Assembly: GCA_963761465.1 (NCBI GenBank)
Contig: CAVXGX010000001.1
Location: 868,083-932,082 of the forward strand
Direction: 5' to 3'
Length of the DNA: 64,000 nucleotides
DNA from: an uncultured Acidobacteriota bacterium
GTDB lineage: Bacteria > Acidobacteriota > Terriglobia > Terriglobales > Acidobacteriaceae
The notes under the pieces were generated by a model. The model was not told where the DNA came from. It ran no database searches and was given only the letters and a program-made list of their open reading frames with translations. The position numbers were made by a program, and so were the translations under genes. Positions 27,406 to 37,655 of this stretch are shown piece after piece (positions within the stretch are counted from its first letter, which is position 1; every line of letters begins with the position of its first letter).

Positions 27406-28290
27406 ATGCGGAGCCAATGGGTGCGAGTGCTATTGGGCCTGGCGTGCCTGAGTTTGATGGCGCGGGCGCAGTGCGCGAATGATCACCGGGACGAGAAGAA
27501 GGGCGGAATCCTGGTGACGGACTTCACGATCACGGGAACGCAGACGATCAGCACAACCGAGTTGGCGGGAATGACCGGCGAGTTCATTGGGGACTGTTTC
27601 AATGACGATTCGGACGAGATGGGTGAAAGAGTTCGAGCTCTGTTTCAGGACCGGGGGTACTTTTCCGTCGAGTTGAAAAGCGTGAAGTTTAAGCCGGGAG
27701 ATCCGCTGGCAGTTCCGAAGCCGGTGACGATGGAGGTGGAGGTCGCGGAGGGTCCGAAATACAGGGTTGGGGAGATTACGTTCTTGGGCTATCGCGCTTT
27801 CAGTCCGGACACGCTGAGGGAGGAATTTCCGCTGAAGATTGGCGCGGTGTTTGAACGGGGCAAAGTGGCTAGCGGACTCGAGCACCTGCGAAGGCTTTAT
27901 GCGAAGGCTGGGTACTTGGACTACATGGCCATTCCGGAAACAACGGCGGGATCAAACGCGACGATGAACTTGAACCTGACGATCGATGAGGGGCCGCAGT
28001 ACCGGCTGGATAAAATCGCGTTCGTGGGAAAGAAGGAAATGACATCGCGATTGCAGGTGCAATGGAAACTGGAGCAAGGGTCGGTTTACGACGTGACTTA
28101 TCTGGATCAGTACATCGAAACCAATCGGGAATTTCTGCCGGAGGGATTTGGGCGGAAAGATGTGCAGGTGGTGAAAGATTGTCCGAAGGCTCTGGTGGCG
28201 GTTCGGTTCGTGGTGGACGCGGGAGAAGATGCGTCGCGATCGCAGGTTAAGGATGTGCCTTGCGAGGATGCGGGGGATAAGGCGAAATAA
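27406..28290 (+). CDS. POTRA-repeat protein without an evident beta-barrel
   Basis: ATG at 27406 preceded by GAGGAGG. Signal peptide. Three POTRA-like units (e.g. EVAEGPKYRVGEITFLGYRAFSPDTLREEFPLKIGAVFERGKVASGLEHLRRLYAKAGY; IDEGPQYRLDKIAFVG). Confidence 0.72.
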   Translation: MRSQWVRVLLGLACLSLMARAQCANDHRDEKKGGILVTDFTITGTQTISTTELAGMTGEFIGDCFNDDSDEMGERVRALFQDRGYFSVELKSVKFKPGDPLAVPKPVTMEVEVAEGPKYRVGEITFLGYRAFSPDTLREEFPLKIGAVFERGKVASGLEHLRRLYAKAGYLDYMAIPETTAGSNATMNLNLTIDEGPQYRLDKIAFVGKKEMTSRLQVQWKLEQGSVYDVTYLDQYIETNREFLPEGFGRKDVQVVKDCPKALVAVRFVVDAGEDASRSQVKDVPCEDAGDKAK

Positions 28291-28336
28291 CTGGCTGAAA
28301 TGGTGTACCCATTCGACAACGATCCCCGCAGCAGGA

Positions 28337-28376
28337 GTTCCCATGTCTCGCAAAAGCGGCGAGACATGGGGCACCC
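28337..28376 (-). repeat. Type-B hairpin repeat
   Basis: gttcccatgtctcgcaaaagcggcgagacatggggcaccc. Confidence 0.8.
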
Positions 28377-28449
28377 ACCGTTCGGCGCTGCATGCAGGTT
28401 GCATGGGCCCTTCGCTTTGCTCAGGATGACAAGGGTTGTGAGATAGAGA

Positions 28450-28884
28450 TTACGAGTGCGCGCCGTGGGGGCGGGAGTCGAGTTCCAGTGCGGGGAGCGG
28501 GGGGCAGGCGCGGGCAATTTTCTCTCGGACAATGTTGTCGCGGATTTCCTGGATGGGTGAGGTGATGATGGGGGTGGAGTATTCGGGGTGGCGGAATTCG
28601 AGGTGCATGCCGCGGCCGACGTATTGGAGTTTGAGCATGGAGCCTCCCCAGGTGGAACCGGCGATGGCGACCTGGACGGGCTTGGGGCAGAACTCGGGAT
28701 GGCCGGAGAGTAGAGCTTCACTGCCGCCAAGAAGTACGGCGGTGTAGCAGTGGTGCATGGTTTGAATTTCGAGGACGGTGGAGGGCGGGAGGTCGTCCAG
28801 AAAAACTCCGCCTTCGATTTCCGACTGGATGATGCCGCGGTTGACTGCGTCGGCGAGGTTGGGGTGGGGGTTAAACATGCTCAT
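28450..28884 (-). CDS. Hypothetical protein (144 aa)
   Basis: Coding-like ORF, no family recognised. Confidence 0.5.
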   Translation of the reverse strand: MSMFNPHPNLADAVNRGIIQSEIEGGVFLDDLPPSTVLEIQTMHHCYTAVLLGGSEALLSGHPEFCPKPVQVAIAGSTWGGSMLKLQYVGRGMHLEFRHPEYSTPIITSPIQEIRDNIVREKIARACPPLPALELDSRPHGAHS

Positions 28885-29125
28885 ACGAATGATTGCGAAT
28901 TAGCGTATCTGGTTTCTGGCCGGGGGACAAGGGTCCTTTAGTACTGGGGTGGGGGAGGGGGACATGTCCTTTAGAGGAGTGTCGGGGTGGGTGGGTTGCA
29001 GAGAAGTTTTGGGGCAGCCAACAAGCGGCCGTTTTGGCTCTTTGAAGATGGGGATGCGGGAGTGAATGTCGGCATCTTGCCGCCTCGGCCCTGAAGAAGC
29101 TTTTGAGGGCTTCGAGAAATATTTG

Positions 29126-29890
29126 TTACTCCCAGCGAAACACCTTCGCCGAGACTGCCGTGCACACGATAAACGTCACGGCCAGTGCGGTCAGGTCGCG
29201 CGAGTGCGCCCACCACGCGTCACCCTTCCAAATCCCTTCGAGCAGTGACACCGCGTAAGTTAACGGCAAAAATTTAGCCACCGCTTGCGCCGCTAGCGGT
29301 AGCGATTCAACCGGCACGAAAAGTCCCGAAACCGCCATCATTGGATACATGATGACGGCGCCAATCGGCTGCGCAAAACGCGCTGTGGGAACCAGGCTGG
29401 CGATGAGAAAGCCGATCGACAAAATGCTGCAGGTGCTGATCAGAAGCGCCATCGTAAACCCTACCAAGGGGGCATGAATGCCGACCGGATAGTAGCGTTT
29501 GCCGGCCGCCACCATTAAAACCAGTGTGGCCGCCGTGAGCAGCAGCTTTACGATCACATGGGCGGTAAGAATTGTCTGGGGTCGCAGCGGAGTGGCGCGG
29601 AGTCGTTTGAGAATGCCCCCTTCGCGGTAGATGGAAATGATTGTGACCAGCGATAGCACGGCACCGATAAGGATCAGGACCGAAGCGAGCACCGGTAGAC
29701 CGACGCCGATAAAACTACTCGCCGCGGGTGAGGTCAGCGCGGCCCTGCGACCGAGCATACTACCACCGAACATTCGACCCGCCACGAGGAACACTCCAAC
29801 CGGGATAACAATCGTCCCGATCGCGCCCAGCGGCTCGCGCAGGAATATCTTGATTTCGATCCAGGTTAATTTCCAGAGTCCACGCAGCAT
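29126..29890 (-). CDS. ABC-2-type transporter permease
   Basis: Six hydrophobic segments, downstream of an ABC ATPase. Start at MLRGLWKL (29890); alternative GTG at 29941. Confidence 0.78.
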   Translation of the reverse strand: MLRGLWKLTWIEIKIFLREPLGAIGTIVIPVGVFLVAGRMFGGSMLGRRAALTSPAASSFIGVGLPVLASVLILIGAVLSLVTIISIYREGGILKRLRATPLRPQTILTAHVIVKLLLTAATLVLMVAAGKRYYPVGIHAPLVGFTMALLISTCSILSIGFLIASLVPTARFAQPIGAVIMYPMMAVSGLFVPVESLPLAAQAVAKFLPLTYAVSLLEGIWKGDAWWAHSRDLTALAVTFIVCTAVSAKVFRWE

Positions 29891-29959
29891 AGAGATCAAG
29901 CCTCGTTCGCCAATCCTCGTTCGCCAATCCTCGTCAACCACGCCTCGTTAAACCCAGCC

Positions 29960-30889
29960 TCAATCGCGAATCGAGTGACCCGTCAGTTTGAGAAAGACAT
30001 CCTCAAGGCTGGGGAGAATCGTTCGGAAATCGGTGACCCGCATCCGATTCTCCGACAGACAATGAATCACATCGGTGACAAAATCGTCGCCGCTACCCCG
30101 AATCGTGACTTGCGACCCTGTGCAGGTGATCGCCTCGACTCGCGAGATCGCTCGAAAACGCTCGGCGGCGCTTCCGTCGTCGGTGGCGAGGATGACAGTT
30201 CGCTCAGGGCAGTGCCGCTTAACCAGGCTCTCTGGGCTGTCGATGTCGATGATGCGTCCGTGTTCGATGATGGCTACCCGGTCGCACAAGCGCTCGGCTT
30301 CCTCCATGAGATGCGTAGTCAGGAAAACCGTCTTGCCGCGCTCGCGGATTCCGCGCACCAAGTCCCAGATGGCGCGCCGCGCCTGGGGGTCCAGTCCGGT
30401 GGTTAGCTCGTCGAGAAACACCAGCTCCGGATCGTTGATCAGCGCAAGGGCAATGAACAAGCGTTGCTTCTGGCCGCCCGACAGGGTCATGAACCAGGCA
30501 TTCCGCTTGTCGATAAGGCCAAGCTGTGCGAGCAACCGTTCGCCGTCAATCGCAGTCTTCCGGTAAAGGGATGCCCAGAGATCTACCGCCTCCCACACCT
30601 TGATGCGCTTCTGCAGCTGCGCCTGCTGCAGCTGAACTCCGATGCGCTCCTGCAGCTTGTAAACGTCTTTGACGGGATCAAGACCCAGCACCGAGATGGA
30701 GCCCCGGTCGGGCTTGCGCAGACCCTCAATGCACTCCATCGTCGTGGTTTTTCCCGCGCCGTTGGGCCCGATTAATCCAAAGATCTCACCGTCGTTGACC
30801 TGAAACGATACCTCGTCGACCGCCACCGTAGAACCGTAGGTCTTACGAATTGCGGACACTTGAATGACTGGACGCATGATCGATGGCAA
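29960..30889 (-). CDS. ABC transporter ATP-binding protein (DrrA-like)
   Basis: Walker A GPNGAGKTT, Q-loop, signature LSGGQKQRL, Walker B LVFLDELTTGLD, H-loop TTHLMEE. Confidence 0.92.
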   Translation of the reverse strand: MPSIMRPVIQVSAIRKTYGSTVAVDEVSFQVNDGEIFGLIGPNGAGKTTTMECIEGLRKPDRGSISVLGLDPVKDVYKLQERIGVQLQQAQLQKRIKVWEAVDLWASLYRKTAIDGERLLAQLGLIDKRNAWFMTLSGGQKQRLFIALALINDPELVFLDELTTGLDPQARRAIWDLVRGIRERGKTVFLTTHLMEEAERLCDRVAIIEHGRIIDIDSPESLVKRHCPERTVILATDDGSAAERFRAISRVEAITCTGSQVTIRGSGDDFVTDVIHCLSENRMRVTDFRTILPSLEDVFLKLTGHSIRD

Positions 30890-31224
30890 GAATACTAGAT
30901 TTGATGAACCCGAAGGCTGGTCTATGTCTCGGGACGCAGCCTCGGTCGACGTAGCCCAGGTCTGAGAACTTTAGACAAACAAGTATCCCAGGGTTGGTCA
31001 GAGACGCCGTCGAGGAAAGCAGAATACGACGCTCTGGCTGGTTGGTCGGCTGCTCGGAAGTTACCGCCCAAAAGCACCCTGGAGGGTCAACTTCTAGCCC
31101 CGCTGGGCTTAAGTTTAGTCCTTATGGGGCCAGCATCCCGGCTGTGGTCACCTAGGTACCTCCCAGGCACCCTGCGGGTGGGCGCAAACTGATAAAATAA
31201 TGGGACAAGGGGTTCCTTACTTTC

Positions 31225-32340
31225 ATGCCAGTTCCGGTTTCACAGATGTGGACGGTGTCGACCTACGTGCTGCGGCAGAAGCTCGCGGGGCGGAAGCAGT
31301 ATCCGCTGGTGCTGATGCTGGAGCCGCTGTTTCGCTGCAATCTCGCTTGCGCGGGGTGCGGGAAGATTCAGTATCCGGCGCATATTTTGAAGAAGGATCT
31401 CACGCCGGAGGAGTGTTTCCGGGCTGTGGATGAATGTGGCGCGCCGATGGTTTCGATCCCGGGCGGAGAGCCGCTGATGCATCCGCAGATCGGGGAGATT
31501 GTTGAGGGGTTGGTGGCGCGGAAGAAATATATTTATCTGTGCACCAACGCGCTGCTGCTCAAAGAGAAGATTGGGCTGTTCAAGCCGAGCAAGTATTTGA
31601 CGTTTAGTGTGCATCTGGATGGGCAGCGGGAAGAGCATGATTTGGCGGTGTGCCGCGAGGGTGGATACGACATTGCAGTCGATGCCGTGAAAGAGGCGCT
31701 GAAGCGCGGGTTTCGGGTGACGACGAATACGACTTTGTTTGATGGAGCGAATCCGAAGTCGGTGCGGGCGTTTTTTGACGAGATGATGGAGCTGGGCGTG
31801 GAGGGGATGATGCTCTCGCCTGGATACTCGTATGACAAGGCGCCGGATCAGAAACATTTTCTGGGGCGGGCGCGGACGCGGCGGATGTTTCGCGCGATTT
31901 TGTCGAACCGGAAGAAGGAATGGCAGTTTAATTTGTCGCCGCTGTTTCTGGAATTTTTGATGGGGAAGAAGACGTATCCGTGCACGCCGTGGGGGATGCC
32001 GACTTATAACGTGTTTGGGTGGCAGAAGCCTTGTTACTTGTTGCAGGATGGATACGCGGAGAGTTTTTCGGAGTTGCTGTCGACGACCGAGTGGTCGAAG
32101 TATGGGACGGAGTCGGGGAATCCGGCGTGCGCGAATTGCATGGTGCACAGCGGGTACGAGGCTTCGGCAGTGCACGCTACGTTCAATTCGCTGAGCGGAT
32201 TTCTGGCGACGGTGAAGGGAACTTTGTTCTCGCGATATCGCGATGACGAGGCGCTGCGGATGCTGGAGGAGCCGGTGGCGGCGGTGCATCCGCTGGTGCA
32301 GATTGCGGTGCCGGAGGGGATGCAGGAGACGCGGGTTTAG
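31225..32340 (+). CDS. hpnH: Hopanoid-associated radical SAM protein HpnH (adenosyl-hopene transferase)
   Basis: [20 protein letters not shown] radical-SAM CxxCxxC variant; [12 protein letters not shown]; C-terminal ...[14 protein letters not shown]. Overall strong resemblance to HpnH. Confidence 0.85.
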   Translation: MPVPVSQMWTVSTYVLRQKLAGRKQYPLVLMLEPLFRCNLACAGCGKIQYPAHILKKDLTPEECFRAVDECGAPMVSIPGGEPLMHPQIGEIVEGLVARKKYIYLCTNALLLKEKIGLFKPSKYLTFSVHLDGQREEHDLAVCREGGYDIAVDAVKEALKRGFRVTTNTTLFDGANPKSVRAFFDEMMELGVEGMMLSPGYSYDKAPDQKHFLGRARTRRMFRAILSNRKKEWQFNLSPLFLEFLMGKKTYPCTPWGMPTYNVFGWQKPCYLLQDGYAESFSELLSTTEWSKYGTESGNPACANCMVHSGYEASAVHATFNSLSGFLATVKGTLFSRYRDDEALRMLEEPVAAVHPLVQIAVPEGMQETRV

Positions 32341-32475
32341 GGTTGGTGTAGAAATTCCCTCATCGGCCATAGACAGCGCTTAACTGGTAGGGGTCCTTCG
32401 ACTGCGCGTGAACGCCTTTCAGGCGCTCCCGCTTCGCTCAGGATGACAATTCTGTTTTAGTCCAACGAGAAAATT

Positions 32476-32937
32476 ATGACAGGAAAAGAGGGTGGGCATC
32501 TCGATCATGCGGCGGGGCAGGCTGCGCCGCATGTGGATGTGAATCCGGATGCGCTGGAGGTTGCGCCGGGGACCGAGCATGAGCGGCTGGAGGGATGGAT
32601 TCCGGCGCTGGCTTCCGAGGACGAGTTGCGCGTGGCGTTGGAGAAGGCGTTTGATTATCGCGGGGATGTGACGATCACGCGCAAGGATGGGTCGACGGTT
32701 GAGGGATATTTGTTTGACCGGCGGACCGGCGGGTCGCTGCGCGAGTCGGTGGTGAGAATTTATCCCAAGAATTCTTCGGAGAAGGTTTCGATTTCGTATG
32801 CGGAGATTGCGGCGCTGGCTTTTTCGGGGCGCGATACCGCGGCGGGGAAAAGTTGGGAAGCGTGGATGAAGAAGTATGCGGAGAAGAAGGCGGCGGGGGA
32901 GAAGGATTTGAGTTTGCATCCGGAGATGTTGGAGTAG
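32476..32937 (+). CDS. Hypothetical protein (153 aa)
   Basis: Coding-like ORF downstream of hpnH; no family recognised. Confidence 0.5.
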   Translation: MTGKEGGHLDHAAGQAAPHVDVNPDALEVAPGTEHERLEGWIPALASEDELRVALEKAFDYRGDVTITRKDGSTVEGYLFDRRTGGSLRESVVRIYPKNSSEKVSISYAEIAALAFSGRDTAAGKSWEAWMKKYAEKKAAGEKDLSLHPEMLE

Positions 32938-33053
32938 GGGTGGTCTTGTTTTTGATTCGAGGGGGCGAGGTCGGGATCGACGATCCTCTGGGGTAAGCCT
33001 GAGGCCCGTTTCATTTTTCGATAGTGGCTCAATTTCAAAACTAGTTCAGCGAT

Positions 33054-33228
33054 GTCATCCTGAGCGCGGCGGGAGCCGGGCGAGGGACCTTATGTCGGTA
33101 AGCGCAGTTGATGGAGTGGAGAGGCGTGCCCACGCTTCACGCAGTACCGGCGGTCCTCGCGTCGGTACAACCGCTGCATGAGCTGCGTAAGGTCCCTCCG
33201 GAGCGCTTGGCGCGCGCTCCGGGATGAC
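33054..33228. repeat. Inverted pair of gtcatcc...gagggacctta (type-E) repeats
   Basis: Left copy gtcatcctgagcgcggcgggagccgggcgagggacctta. Right copy in reverse orientation taaggtccctccggagcgcttggcgcgcgctccgggatgac. About 100 bp between them. Confidence 0.65.
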
Positions 33229-33311
33229 ATCATTTCGACTCCGTGCCTACCACGGCACTTTCAGAACACTCTCCAACTGCAATCCAACGCACCTTCGTTC
33301 TGCGGACAAGT

Positions 33312-33819
33312 CTATTTTCCCCAGGCGCCCAGCAGGCGGCGGACGTCGAGCAACTGCGCCAGGTGGTAGGCGTTGTGATCGGCTGCCAGCAAGGCTTCGC
33401 GGAGGATGGTTTGGCCGGTGCCCCAGGGGATTCGTGCATACAAATCTGTATGGCGATTGGCGACTGAGAGCTTTGATGGCTTTCAGGTCGGCGCGGAAAT
33501 CGCGGAGACTTTTATTCCAGGCTGCGGCGTTTGGGGGAGCTGGAGAATTTGGCCAGTAGGAGTCGGGCCATTTGCGGTGCTTGTATTTTGGGTTGGTGCT
33601 GAAGTCGAGAATATCGCTTTGCGCGATGCGGAGATGTTCGAGGAGCATCCAGGGGGAGTGGGGAAAATTTGCGGGCTTCGCGCCGCGGACGTTGGGCGGG
33701 AGACTTTTTATGATGTCGTCGAAGGTGGCGTGGGCTTGGCCTCCGGTTAGGAGTTCGAGGAGATGTTGGCGGAGTTCGCGATCGTGATTCGGGGTGGGGG
33801 ATTTTTTTGGGGTGGGCAT
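33312..33819 (-). pseudogene. DinB-family protein with an apparent frameshift
   Basis: The N-terminal 115 aa run in the track frame (...[18 protein letters not shown]). The conserved DinB C-terminus [45 protein letters not shown] is in another frame, ending at 33312. Total length is 1 mod 3. Confidence 0.75.
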
Positions 33820-34061
33820 TTTTTCCTCGGGTGATCTTCTGGGTGCTGCGTTGAGTTTAGTGTAGCGCTGTTTGGGAAGTGAATGGTGCGGGGTTCCGGC
33901 GGGCTCGCTTCTGTCGAGAATCCGGCAGTAGGAATTTTGCAGGGACTGTTGGTGCGCCGCGGGCTTCGCGTTGGGTCCATCACCCCGGCTTTCGCCGGGG
34001 TTCAGGATGACAGAATCTAAACAAGTGCGGGCATGATTTGCGGGCTGGATCTTCTGTTCGT

Positions 34062-35687
34062 TTATTTGTTTTGGGCGGTTGCGGTTTGCGACGCGGGCTC
34101 GTCAATCGTGCTGCCGATGGCGTCGCCGCTAAGGACTAACTCTACGCGGCGGTTCTGCTGACGGCCTTCCGCGGTGTCGTTGGAGGCGATGGGATCGGTT
34201 TTGCCGAAGCCGCGGGCTTCGATCGCGCTGGATTGAATTCCCTGCTGCACGAAATAATCGCGGACGCTTTCGGCGCGGTGCTCGGAGAGATCCTGATTGT
34301 ACTGGTCGCTGCCGACGCTGTCGGTGTGGCCCTCAATCGCGACGTGGAGGCTGGGATAGGCGAGCACGATGCCGGAAACTTTGGCCAGGCGCTCGCGGGC
34401 GGCGGGAAGAAGCTCGAAACTGCCGCTGCGGAATAGAACGTCGGACATGTTGGCGACCAGGCCGCGGGCGGAGTCGCGGGTGGCGAGAATGGAATTGAGT
34501 TGCTGCAGCAGGCGGGCGCGCAGTTCCTGCTTCTCTTTTTCGGCTTGTTGGCGAAGATTTTCTGATTGCGCGGCCGCGGCGCGGGCTTTGTCGGTTTCGG
34601 CGGACAAGACTTGCTGTTGCGCTACGGCTTCGGCCTTGGCTTTTTCTGCTTCTTCTTTTTGGCGCGAGGCTTCCTGCGCGGCGGCTAATGCTTCTTCCTT
34701 CATGCGCTCCGCTTCAGCTTTCGCCTGTTCCGCGGCGGCGCGGGCTTGTTCAGCTTGAGCTTGCGCGGCTTGGGCCTGGGCACGATCGGCTTCGGCGTCG
34801 GCACGGCGCTTGGCTTCGGCTGCGGCGTCGGCGCGAGCCTGGGCTTCGCGGGCTGCGGCTGCGGCCTGGGCTTCGTCCTCGGCTTTTTGTTTTACAGCCA
34901 TCAGGCGGGCTTCTTCGGCGGTTTCGGTGGCTTCTTTGGCGGCGGCTTCAACGGCGGCTTTGTTTTGTTTCTGGCGATAAATTTCTTCGGCGTGCAGGAG
35001 TTGCTGTCCGGCTTTCGACAGAATCGAGGCGGCGTATTTGTCGGCGGCGGCGATGTGCGCGATGCGCAGGGCATTGCGCGCTTCGAAGAGTTCGAGCGGA
35101 GTCTTGCTGTCGATGCCGAAAATTGCGTCTTGAATATGCGTGTTCGTAGAAGAATATGTTCCGCGAGTTACGAGCTCGTAGTTCGCGTCGATGACTTCTC
35201 CGCCGCCGGCGACGCTGGCGCTTTCCATCACCACCATGTTGCCGGGCTGAGTCACGGCGAAATAAGGTTCGGCGGTGACGATCATGCCGAAAGTTTGCAG
35301 ATCCGTGTAGGCCTTGAGGTGGGCGTTGCCGTTGTGATCGAGCGAGAGCTCTCCGAGGTTGACGGGGCGGCCTTGCGGCGATACAGCCCAGGCAACGTAG
35401 GTGAGGAACTCGAGTCCGAACTTGGTGGCTTCTTCGAGGTTCTGAAATTTGGCTTCGATTTCGAAGTTGGTCTTTTTGCCGTCGACGCGGGCTTCACCGG
35501 TGGCTCGCTGGAGCAGATCGGTTCCCTGGAAATCGACTTTAGTCGATCCGCCTTGCAGGCGATAGTGGACGGCTTTGGTAGTGCGGGAAACCATTGTGGC
35601 CTGAGTGTTCGGCGAGGCCGGCGTTGGCGTTTGGGCGAACGAGAGCGTGGCAGCGAAGACGAAGATGGCGACGGCGATATTTTTCAC
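34062..35687 (-). CDS. OmpA-family protein with long Ala/Glu/Gln-rich coiled-coil spacer
   Basis: Signal peptide. C-terminal OmpA-like domain (FRSGSFELLPAARERL...LHVAIEGHTDSVGSDQYNQDLSEHRAESVRDYF...RRVELVLSG). Confidence 0.85.
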   Translation of the reverse strand: MKNIAVAIFVFAATLSFAQTPTPASPNTQATMVSRTTKAVHYRLQGGSTKVDFQGTDLLQRATGEARVDGKKTNFEIEAKFQNLEEATKFGLEFLTYVAWAVSPQGRPVNLGELSLDHNGNAHLKAYTDLQTFGMIVTAEPYFAVTQPGNMVVMESASVAGGGEVIDANYELVTRGTYSSTNTHIQDAIFGIDSKTPLELFEARNALRIAHIAAADKYAASILSKAGQQLLHAEEIYRQKQNKAAVEAAAKEATETAEEARLMAVKQKAEDEAQAAAAAREAQARADAAAEAKRRADAEADRAQAQAAQAQAEQARAAAEQAKAEAERMKEEALAAAQEASRQKEEAEKAKAEAVAQQQVLSAETDKARAAAAQSENLRQQAEKEKQELRARLLQQLNSILATRDSARGLVANMSDVLFRSGSFELLPAARERLAKVSGIVLAYPSLHVAIEGHTDSVGSDQYNQDLSEHRAESVRDYFVQQGIQSSAIEARGFGKTDPIASNDTAEGRQQNRRVELVLSGDAIGSTIDEPASQTATAQNK

Positions 35688-35859
35688 GATGATTCTCTAT
35701 CTGGGGGTTTTAGAGCTAGTTAATCTTCTTTATCTTCGTTGAAGAGACGGGGAATGCAAAGAACTGGAAGTGATGGGACTTTGGTCACTGGGGCGCGGTC
35801 CAAAAAATCTTTAACCACGGGGGGACACAGAGGAACACAGGGTAAAGACAGAGGGGTAG

Positions 35860-36999
35860 TTACGGGATCATTGCGATTGAGCCTTTGGGGCCTACTACCA
35901 GGGCTCCGCCATCGGGATATGCGGCGGCGGCGTTGAAGGTGATGTTTTGTTTTTTCTTGCCGTTGATGCGGCGGGGGTTGTTGGGTGGGATGAAGTCGAA
36001 GATGAAATCCTGGCCGACGATGAAGATGCGTTCGGGTGTGATCGGCTTGATGCGGGGCTTTTTTTCTTTTTCTTTTTCTGAATCGAGTTTGGCCTCGAGC
36101 TGCGCGGTCGCGTTTACTTTCTGGTCGTAGGTTACAGCGGAGAAATAGGCCTGGGGTTTGAGGTCGGAGAGGGTCCAGGTTTTGCCCCTGTTGTTGGTGA
36201 AGGCGAGGTTGGGGCCGTCTTGATTCGGATGTTTGTAGTCGCCGCCGGCGATTACGCCGTGCGTGGCGTCGCGGAAGGCGATTGAGAAAATTCCCGCGGA
36301 GTCGGAGCCGTGAATAATGGGAGTGTCGAAGACCTGCCAGGTTTGTCCGCGGTCGGGGGAGTGGAAGACGCGGGCGACTTTGCCTCCGGTGGCGAACCAA
36401 AGGTCCGGATCAGCAGACGCGGGCAGGATGGCGAGGCAGGAGTTGCTGGCGGCGAATGCGCCTTCGCCTTCGATGGCCGCGGGGAGTTGCGACGGCGGAA
36501 TTTGGCTCCAGGTTTGGCCGTCGGTGGTTTGGAGGAGTTCGAATTTGAGTTGGCCGGATGCATCTTTCGTGGAATCGTCGGGGATGGGGTCGCCGAGAAC
36601 TACGCCATGTTTCGGGTCCCAGAAAACCATGGAGTCGAAGAAGCCTTTGGGATTTTTGTTGGTGAATTGGAGTTGCCAGTGCTGACCGGCGTCGGAAGTG
36701 TGGAAGATGCGGGATTGCTCGCCGGGGCCGGCCGACATCAGGAAAGCTTCGTCGGCGGAGAAGGCGACTACGGCGCGGAAATCGAGGGTTGTGGCGTCGG
36801 GGACTTGGGCGGGGGTCCAGGTGCGACCGGAGTCGGTGGTGCGGAGATAGGTTCCGTGGGTGCCGCTGGCCCAGGCGATTTCGCGGGAGACGGCGCTTAC
36901 GCCGCGCAGGCTTTCCGTGGAGTGCGAGAGCTGCACGCGCGGGCCGGTTTGCGCGACGGCGGTGAGGGAAATGAAGAGGATTAGGAGTGGGCGCAGCAT
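35860..36999 (-). CDS. BNR/Ycf48-like beta-propeller protein
   Basis: Signal peptide. Repeated S.D.G.TW sialidase/Asp-box-like motifs (TDSGRTWT, SDAGQHWQ, TDGQTWS, PDRGQTWQ, NNRGKTWT). Confidence 0.78.
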   Translation of the reverse strand: MLRPLLILFISLTAVAQTGPRVQLSHSTESLRGVSAVSREIAWASGTHGTYLRTTDSGRTWTPAQVPDATTLDFRAVVAFSADEAFLMSAGPGEQSRIFHTSDAGQHWQLQFTNKNPKGFFDSMVFWDPKHGVVLGDPIPDDSTKDASGQLKFELLQTTDGQTWSQIPPSQLPAAIEGEGAFAASNSCLAILPASADPDLWFATGGKVARVFHSPDRGQTWQVFDTPIIHGSDSAGIFSIAFRDATHGVIAGGDYKHPNQDGPNLAFTNNRGKTWTLSDLKPQAYFSAVTYDQKVNATAQLEAKLDSEKEKEKKPRIKPITPERIFIVGQDFIFDFIPPNNPRRINGKKKQNITFNAAAAYPDGGALVVGPKGSIAMIP

Positions 37000-37160
37000 G
37001 CGGTGATTGTAGCGCGGGCGGAACTCAGGGGCTAAAGCCCCCGGCAGAATTAAGGAGCTTTATCGCAGCGCTGAAAGTGCTGCGCCGCCTAAAAACAGAA
37101 TCACAGCACAGTCAGAATCGGACGAAAGAATCAAAAATCGAAATCGCAAACATCAAAACC

Positions 37161-37655
37161 TCACTTGGCGCTGAAGTCGGCGAAGGAGGCGGTTTTGCCG
37201 GTGTAGATGCGCAGGGTACAGCGTTCTCCGACATGGGCGAAAGCGACTTCGAGCGCGTCGGAGGGCTGGTCGACCTGGGCGGTTTCCATGGGGGCGCGCG
37301 CGATGTCTTGTTTCTCGTCGTAGGCGGCGCCGGGAGTTACGTTTTTGTTGACGACCAGAGTCCAGTGATCTTTTGCTGGGATGGGATAGACGGAATAGGC
37401 GCCGATGGGAATGACCGAGCTGCCGAGGGTGAGCTTGGCTTCGGTGAATAAAGTCATGGGCGCGCCGCCCGGAGACCAGGGCCTGCCGTTGGGGGGCTTC
37501 TCTTTGGCCGGGACAGCGATATAGCGCACATAGACCTGGCGGCCGTCGTCGAGGTTGCAGGTGGTGGTGGAATTCGCGCCGCCAGATTGCGCGGCGAGCC
37601 AGGGTGTCCACAATAACGATACGAGTACAGCTCTCCAGACGAGAGTGGCCGACAT
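37161..37655 (-). CDS. DUF2911-family secreted protein
   Basis: Start at MSATLVWRAVLVSLLWTPWLAAQ (37655). The pattern ...WSPGGAPMTLFTEAKLTLG...IPIGAYSVYPIP..DHWTLVVNKN is typical of DUF2911. Confidence 0.72.
   Translation of the reverse strand: MSATLVWRAVLVSLLWTPWLAAQSGGANSTTTCNLDDGRQVYVRYIAVPAKEKPPNGRPWSPGGAPMTLFTEAKLTLGSSVIPIGAYSVYPIPAKDHWTLVVNKNVTPGAAYDEKQDIARAPMETAQVDQPSDALEVAFAHVGERCTLRIYTGKTASFADFSAK

Noticed and set aside
30890-31224. Possible riboswitch or ncRNA in the 335-bp divergent gap between the ABC operon and hpnH
   Set aside because: The gap is unusually free of the common repeat families, but I could not recognise any known RNA motif or convincing conserved structure by eye. 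It needs an Rfam/cmscan search.
31240-32370. 376-aa ORF on the - strand
   Set aside because: It is antisense to hpnH and has Arg/His/Leu-rich nonsense composition.
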